DNA of 64,000 nucleotides from Alphaproteobacteria bacterium (GTDB lineage Bacteria; Pseudomonadota; Alphaproteobacteria; JAPOUT01; G958296285): NCBI GenBank assembly GCA_965209065.1, contig OZ242373.1, positions 1,415,384 to 1,479,383 of the forward strand, read 5' to 3'. Shown piece by piece: positions 59,531 to 64,000 of this stretch (position 1 is its first letter; each line of letters starts with the position of its first letter). The notes under the pieces were generated by a model. It saw only the letters and a program-made list of their open reading frames with translations, ran no database searches and was not told where the DNA came from. The position numbers and the translations under genes were made by a program.

Positions 59531-60394
59531 TTATTTTTGCTTTTGCCAAAAAGCAGCCTTCAGCGTGTTTTGCATTAAACAAGCAACGGTCATCGGTCCT
59601 ACGCCGCCCGGCACCGGCGTGATAGCGCGCACCTTATCAACCACCTCATCAAAAGCAACATCACCAAAAAGTTTATTTTTTCCGTTAAGGCTTTCGCGAT
59701 GAATACCAACATCTATAACGATAGATCCCTCTTTGACCCAATCTCTTTTGACGAGATGTTTTTGCCCCGCAGCCGCTATTAGAATATCCGCGCGAGACGA
59801 AAGCGCAGGCAAGTTTTTCGTTTTAGAATGCGCCAGCGTTACCGTGCAATCTTCGCGCAACAATAACTGCGCGAGCGGCTTGCCAACCAAAGCAGAGCGA
59901 CCGATAATAACAACCTCACTTCCTGTTAAAACCGGCATCACTTTTTTTATCAAAAGAACACAGCCCGAAGGCGTGCACGGACAAAGCCCCTCAAGCCCCA
60001 AAGCCAAGCGACCCATATTCTCAGGCGTTAAACCATCAACGTCTTTCTTCGGGTCAAGCGTGGCTATCACCGCTTGGCTATCCAAGTGAGCAGGCAGGGG
60101 CAACTGAACCAAAATGCCATGAACACTATCATCTTGATTAAGTTTAGTAATCTCGTTAAGTAAAATGTCTTGCGTGATAGTGCTATCCAAAGCAATAATT
60201 TCTGATGCCATACCCAAAGCAACCGCTTTTTTCTTTTTAGCCGCAACATAAGTTTGACTCGCGCCATCATCACCCACAATCACAACAACCAGCTTCGGCG
60301 CAACTTGATACCTATCACAAAAAAGTTTTATCCTATCTTCTACCGCTTGATAAAGCCCCGCCGCACACTTCTTACCATCAATAAGGTTATCCAT
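59531..60394 (-). CDS. folD: bifunctional methylenetetrahydrofolate dehydrogenase / methenyl-THF cyclohydrolase
   Basis: 287-aa ORF with the characteristic FolD length and the blocks …VIIGRSALVGKPLAQLL… and …TPVPGGVGPMTVA…. It is convergent with argG with no intergenic spacer. Confidence 0.9.
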   Translation of the reverse strand: MDNLIDGKKCAAGLYQAVEDRIKLFCDRYQVAPKLVVVIVGDDGASQTYVAAKKKKAVALGMASEIIALDSTITQDILLNEITKLNQDDSVHGILVQLPLPAHLDSQAVIATLDPKKDVDGLTPENMGRLALGLEGLCPCTPSGCVLLIKKVMPVLTGSEVVIIGRSALVGKPLAQLLLREDCTVTLAHSKTKNLPALSSRADILIAAAGQKHLVKRDWVKEGSIVIDVGIHRESLNGKNKLFGDVAFDEVVDKVRAITPVPGGVGPMTVACLMQNTLKAAFWQKQK

Positions 60395-60704
60395 AAAACA
60401 TTTCTCTCAAAAGCTGCTCTAAAAATACCAACAGAAGAACAAGCACAAGAGGAGAAATATCAATGCCCCCCAAGTTCGGTAAAAAATTCCTAATCGGCTG
60501 GAGCAAAGGGTCGGTCAAACCCCGCAGCACGCGATAAAGACTTTGGATAATCCTAGAATTCACATTAAGCAAATTAAATGCCATAAGCCAGCCAACAATG
60601 ACCATACCAATAAGCACCCAAATATAAATGTTGATGACGGAGCTGATTAAAAAAAGGACGGCGTTCATAAATAAATTCTTACACGGACACGCAAATAAAG
60701 ACAA
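60387..60704 (-). CDS. yggT: YggT-family membrane protein
   Basis: Small ORF with two transmembrane helices immediately upstream of folD, overlapping it by 8 nt. The likely true start is the Met at 60668 (MNAVLFLISS…), which gives about 93 aa. Confidence 0.65.
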   Translation of the reverse strand: MSLFACPCKNLFMNAVLFLISSVINIYIWVLIGMVIVGWLMAFNLLNVNSRIIQSLYRVLRGLTDPLLQPIRNFLPNLGGIDISPLVLVLLLVFLEQLLREMFYG

Positions 60705-60733
60705 GAGAGAAATAAATGCTATAATGACGCACA

Positions 60734-60809
60734 GGGGCCGTAGCTCAGTTGGGAGAGCGCAGCAATCGCACTGCTGAGGTCAGGGGTTCGACTCCCCTCG
60801 GCTCCACCA
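60734..60809 (+). tRNA. tRNA-Ala (anticodon CGC)
   Basis: The sequence GGGGCCGTAGCTCAGTTGGGAGAGCGCAGCAATCGCACTGCTGAGGTCAGGGGTTCGACTCCCCTCGGCTCCACCA folds as a cloverleaf with a 7-bp acceptor stem containing the G3:U70 alanine identity pair. The anticodon loop is ATCGCAC, the T-loop is TTCGACT and the CCA end is encoded. Confidence 0.85.
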
Positions 60810-60832
60810 TAATTTTTGGAATACTTTTGCTT

Positions 60833-61144
60833 CTAAGCAAGCTGAACCGCCGTGCCAGTCGCGCAGATGAGTACCATACCACCAACATCCTCATAATCTA
60901 GGCTCACCCCAATCACGCCGTCCGCGCCTAGCTGCTCGGCGCGCGCCGCCATCTCGTCAAGCGCCGTTTGGCGACCTTGCGCAACCGCCTTCTCATAACC
61001 CGCCGCGCGACCGCCAACAATATTGCGAACCGAAGCAAACATATCGCGGAACACATTGATACCCATCACCGCTTCACCGGCAACCACGCCCAAATAGGAA
61101 CGCACCTCAAGCCCCGCAATGTTATGGGTCGTCGTCGTAATCAT
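60833..61144 (-). CDS. YbjQ/UPF0145-family protein (putative heavy-metal-binding)
   Basis: 103-aa ORF with the pattern MITTTT…IAGLEV…LGVV.GE.V.G.N…GG……Y…….AR……L…A…GA.GVIG…DYE….M….A.GTAV characteristic of YbjQ. Confidence 0.8.
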   Translation of the reverse strand: MITTTTHNIAGLEVRSYLGVVAGEAVMGINVFRDMFASVRNIVGGRAAGYEKAVAQGRQTALDEMAARAEQLGADGVIGVSLDYEDVGGMVLICATGTAVQLA

Positions 61145-61147
61145 TTT

Positions 61148-61837
61148 TTAATTCAACCACATATTGATAAAATCGTCCAGCCACTTCTGAACCTTACCGC
61201 GATGCAAAATATAAGCCGGCAAATGCTCCCAAGCCGCGCGCGCGTTGGGCTGGGTTAAACGCCTCTCCTCTTTTCGGTCGCGCGCCAGCCAACGCATTAT
61301 CATTCTAGCGTGAATCTCTGGGTGAAACTGAAGCCCATAGGCTCTCTGGTGCGCTTGCGCCTGAAAAGCTTGAACCGAAAAATTCTCATTCTCAGCGAGA
61401 CGCACCGCCGAAGAAGGAAGGCTAATGCCCTCCTTATGCCAATGATAAACAAAAAGTTTTGGCGGAAACATTTTTGTGCCGCGCTCTGTCGGGGTAATAG
61501 GATAAAAACCCGCCTCCACCTTCTTATGTTTGTGAGACCATACCTCCCCGCCAATAACCCGCGCCATAATCTGCGCGCCCAAGCAGATACCCAAAACAGG
61601 AACGTTCTTTTTCATCGCTTCCTCAACGAGCTTATGCTCTTTTTGTATTATTTCATCGGAGTCATTGGCACTTTGTGGTCCGCCGTATAGAATAAGCCCG
61701 CCATAGGCTTCGATGGGACTCGACCCAGAGGCAAGATAAGGCTCAAGGTGATAACCTCGCTTTTTTAGAGCATCACCAACCACACCAAACTCAGAGTTAG
61801 CGCGATGAACACAAGCTAGAATTCTACTATTCACCAA
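61148..61837 (-). CDS. class I glutamine amidotransferase-like protein
   Basis: 229-aa ORF with the GATase1 catalytic Cys block PVLGICLGAQIM and a C-terminal HPE motif (LQFHPEI). Confidence 0.75.
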   Translation of the reverse strand: MVNSRILACVHRANSEFGVVGDALKKRGYHLEPYLASGSSPIEAYGGLILYGGPQSANDSDEIIQKEHKLVEEAMKKNVPVLGICLGAQIMARVIGGEVWSHKHKKVEAGFYPITPTERGTKMFPPKLFVYHWHKEGISLPSSAVRLAENENFSVQAFQAQAHQRAYGLQFHPEIHARMIMRWLARDRKEERRLTQPNARAAWEHLPAYILHRGKVQKWLDDFINMWLN

Positions 61838-61884
61838 AGCATTATAAAGCTAAAATTAAAAATTACCCCGAAATTACCCAAACA

Positions 61885-62652
61885 TTACATAGCGCTGATG
61901 CCGCCATCTACCTTCAACTCCGATGCTGTGGTGAATTTTGATTCATCACTTGCTAAATATAAAACAGCATAGGCAACATCATTCGGCTCGCCAATTCTAC
62001 CAATCGGAATCTGACGCGACAATTTCTCATAGACCTTGTCTCCACCGCGCGCTTTCATATTTTGTAGAATAGGCGTGTCAATAAAAGTCGGGTGAACAGA
62101 ATTACAACGGATATTATATCCCTGACGCGCGCAGTGTAAGGCTATCGATTTTGACATAAGCCATACCGCCGCTTTGGCAGCGTTATAGGCAGTCATGTTA
62201 TGTCCCGCTATCAAACCCGCAATAGACGAAATGTTAACAATAGAACCCGGCGCATGAGGCTTCATATAGGGAAGCGCATATTTACATCCTAGAAAAACCG
62301 AATCCGCATCAACATCCATAACCAGCTTCCAAGTCTCAAAATCCGTTTCCTCAACATTGCCGCCGCCGCCAATACCAGCGTTATTAACCAAAATGGAAAT
62401 GCCGTCCATAAAATCATTCCCTTGCGCTAAAGCACTTTGCCACTGGTCCTCTAAACGAACATCTAAAGCCAAAGCAATAGCCTTGCCACCCGCTTGCTCT
62501 ATCTCCTTAGCCGTTTGGCGACAGGTCTCCTCGTTAATGTCGGCAAGCGCAAGCACCGCGCCTTCTTTCGCTAATAAGTGCGCGGTCGCTTTGCCAAGCC
62601 CCGAGCCCGCTCCTGTAATAAAAGCCTTTTTTCCTTGAACACGTCCTGCCAT
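61885..62652 (-). CDS. SDR-family NAD(P)-dependent oxidoreductase
   Basis: 255-aa ORF with the Rossmann motif TGAGSGLGKA, NNAG, and the catalytic Y-x3-K (YNAAKAAV). Confidence 0.85.
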   Translation of the reverse strand: MAGRVQGKKAFITGAGSGLGKATAHLLAKEGAVLALADINEETCRQTAKEIEQAGGKAIALALDVRLEDQWQSALAQGNDFMDGISILVNNAGIGGGGNVEETDFETWKLVMDVDADSVFLGCKYALPYMKPHAPGSIVNISSIAGLIAGHNMTAYNAAKAAVWLMSKSIALHCARQGYNIRCNSVHPTFIDTPILQNMKARGGDKVYEKLSRQIPIGRIGEPNDVAYAVLYLASDESKFTTASELKVDGGISAM

Positions 62653-62691
62653 AACTGCTCCTAATTGAAGTTTTTTGTTTGCTTGGCTTGT

Positions 62692-63837
62692 TTAATTATT
62701 CGTGCTACGGCACGGATTATCAATGGCAACTTTAGAAACACCTTGCTCACCAAAAAGTAAGATATTGCCATTACCGCTCTCGGTTAGAGCCGCATATCCT
62801 TTTCTATCCGTGCGTGTGCACGTCTTGAAAGAACGTCCATTATCCGCGCTCGTGGCAACAACACCGTTAAGCCCAGTCAAAACAATTCTGCCATTGAAAA
62901 GCCCCTTAACAAATCGAGTGCCGTCTTGAAAAGACTGGCGCGCGACTTTCCCTTCGCTATCCGTCGTTTCCAGCTTCCGCCAAGACCTGCCATTATTGTC
63001 AGAGCGCCAGATGTTGCCGCGCATACCATAAGCAAGAACAGAATTACCCAAAGCTAAAACACCCCAGAAAGATCCGTTATAACCCGTCGAAATAGGAGTG
63101 AAATTCTTTCCCCCATCGGTGGAGCGATAAATCGTCCCATACTCCGCCGCAACATAAATTGTCCCGTTAGCCGTTTGCGCAATGCCATTTAAGTGAGCCT
63201 GCTCTTCAATATAATCATCTGTCGGGTCTTTAGGGTCTTCAAACTCGTCCTTCACTTTAGCTTTTGGAAGCGGATTCCAACGCCACGTCTCGCCCCCATC
63301 ATCGGTGTATAGGGCTTGCCCAAAAGCACCCACCGCAAGCCCGTTCCTATCGTCTCTAAAAAAAACAGACAAAAGAGGAATAAGACAATTATCTTTTTCT
63401 TTTGCCGTGCTACTACAGGAATTAGGTTCGTTAGAAAAAGCCCTGCTTCTTGTGTCGGAACTTAAAATGTCAGGGTCAACATGAACAAGTCGCCAATTCT
63501 GCCCGCCATCTTCGGTTTTGAGAATGGTGTTATCCTGCCCCACAACATAGCCTATATTCTTGCTCGGAAAGTGAATCGCATTGAGCGTTTTAGAAACAGG
63601 CACTTTAGCCTGCTGCCACGTTTTGCCTTCGTCATCAGAAATGATGATATGACCAAAAGCACCAACCGCAATAATTTTATCCTCAACACGAGCAACGTCA
63701 AGCAAAAGGCGCTTTTTTGCGATAATACTCGTAATAGAGTCAAATTGCTGCCAAGAACGGCTCGCCTGAAGCTGGTTAGCAAAAACAATACCCCACGCTA
63801 CCAAGAGCAGAATAAGCGCAGCAAAGAGCTTTTTCAT
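62692..63837 (-). CDS. secreted BNR/Asp-box repeat beta-propeller protein (Ycf48-like)
   Basis: 381-aa ORF with a signal peptide and six S-x-D-x-G-x-T/S-W/F Asp-box repeats (SDDEGKTW, TEDGGQNW, TDDGGETW, STDGGKNF, SDNNGRSW, SADNGRSF). Confidence 0.65.
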   Translation of the reverse strand: MKKLFAALILLLVAWGIVFANQLQASRSWQQFDSITSIIAKKRLLLDVARVEDKIIAVGAFGHIIISDDEGKTWQQAKVPVSKTLNAIHFPSKNIGYVVGQDNTILKTEDGGQNWRLVHVDPDILSSDTRSRAFSNEPNSCSSTAKEKDNCLIPLLSVFFRDDRNGLAVGAFGQALYTDDGGETWRWNPLPKAKVKDEFEDPKDPTDDYIEEQAHLNGIAQTANGTIYVAAEYGTIYRSTDGGKNFTPISTGYNGSFWGVLALGNSVLAYGMRGNIWRSDNNGRSWRKLETTDSEGKVARQSFQDGTRFVKGLFNGRIVLTGLNGVVATSADNGRSFKTCTRTDRKGYAALTESGNGNILLFGEQGVSKVAIDNPCRSTNN

Positions 63838-63846
63838 TTTTTACTT

Positions 63847-64000
63847 CTAGCGCTTACCAAGACGGCGAATAGAAGCTGGCGTATAGCGACTAATCTCAAG
63901 CTCATCGGCTGAATAGTTCAAGCCTCTCGTGTTATTGCGCAAGGCAATCGCGACATAGCGTCCTGCTTGCAGGTCGTAGACGATTTCGCCCGCACCACCA
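63847..64000 (-). CDS. 3' end of an unidentified CDS (the N-terminus lies outside the window)
   Basis: The open minus-strand frame …GAGEIVYDLQAGRYVAIALRNNTRGLNYSADELEISRYTPASIRRLGKR* ends at the TAG at 63847-63849. No family was recognised. Confidence 0.3.
   Translation of the reverse strand, partial: GGAGEIVYDLQAGRYVAIALRNNTRGLNYSADELEISRYTPASIRRLGKR

Noticed and set aside
59537-59554. Hairpin tgctttt-gcca-aaaagca at the argG/folD convergence point
   Set aside because: The 7-bp stem is AU-rich and weak, and it lies inside the folD coding end. It is not convincing as a bidirectional terminator.
1-64000. CRISPR arrays, rRNA genes, prophage or integron features
   Set aside because: No short regularly spaced direct repeats were seen outside the protein-coding repeats of the giant genes. 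No rRNA-like or integrase-like sequence was recognised.

Overview
This 64-kb window looks like an alphaproteobacterial chromosome segment, judged from ccmAB, sdhCDAB gene order and an IalB-like protein. Ordinary housekeeping genes flank an accessory core of about 36 kb. The left flank (1-9.9 kb) carries ccmB' and ccmA, then acnA translationally coupled to a secreted DUF1223 CxxC protein, then a GldA/GldF/GldG-like ABC transporter with a DUF4340 partner, then a BI-1/YccA-family protein. The core (9.96-45.99 kb) is a head-to-tail tandem duplication of an ~18-kb unit. Each unit carries its own promoter and Shine-Dalgarno sequence plus one uninterrupted giant ORF (17,694 nt, 5,897 aa; and 18,093 nt, 6,030 aa), both on the minus strand. 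Both products have a Sec signal peptide and an N-terminal two-partner-secretion (TPS, 'haemagglutination activity') domain. Thousands of residues of T/A/G/S/I/L/N-rich beta-helix-type repeats follow, then a compositionally distinct acidic C-terminal domain ending in C-x5-C-R. The two paralogs are a mosaic. They are near-identical over the TPS domain and over the C-terminal ~4,500 aa, but strongly diverged over about 1,100 aa after the TPS domain and in one internal patch. This points to gene conversion or recombination between the copies. No TpsB/CdiB transporter, immunity gene or mobile element is visible. The giants sit directly downstream of, and co-oriented with, a ybbA-ybbP (MacB/LolCDE-type) ABC transporter with a divergent tesA. 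The right flank (49.2-64 kb) is housekeeping: tas-like AKR, sdhCDAB, zapE, qor-like MDR, IalB-like, rlmN, argG, folD, yggT, tRNA-Ala(CGC), YbjQ, GATase1, SDR, a BNR/Ycf48-like protein and a partial ORF. The many long plus-strand ORFs inside 10-45 kb are antisense artefacts of the giant genes.
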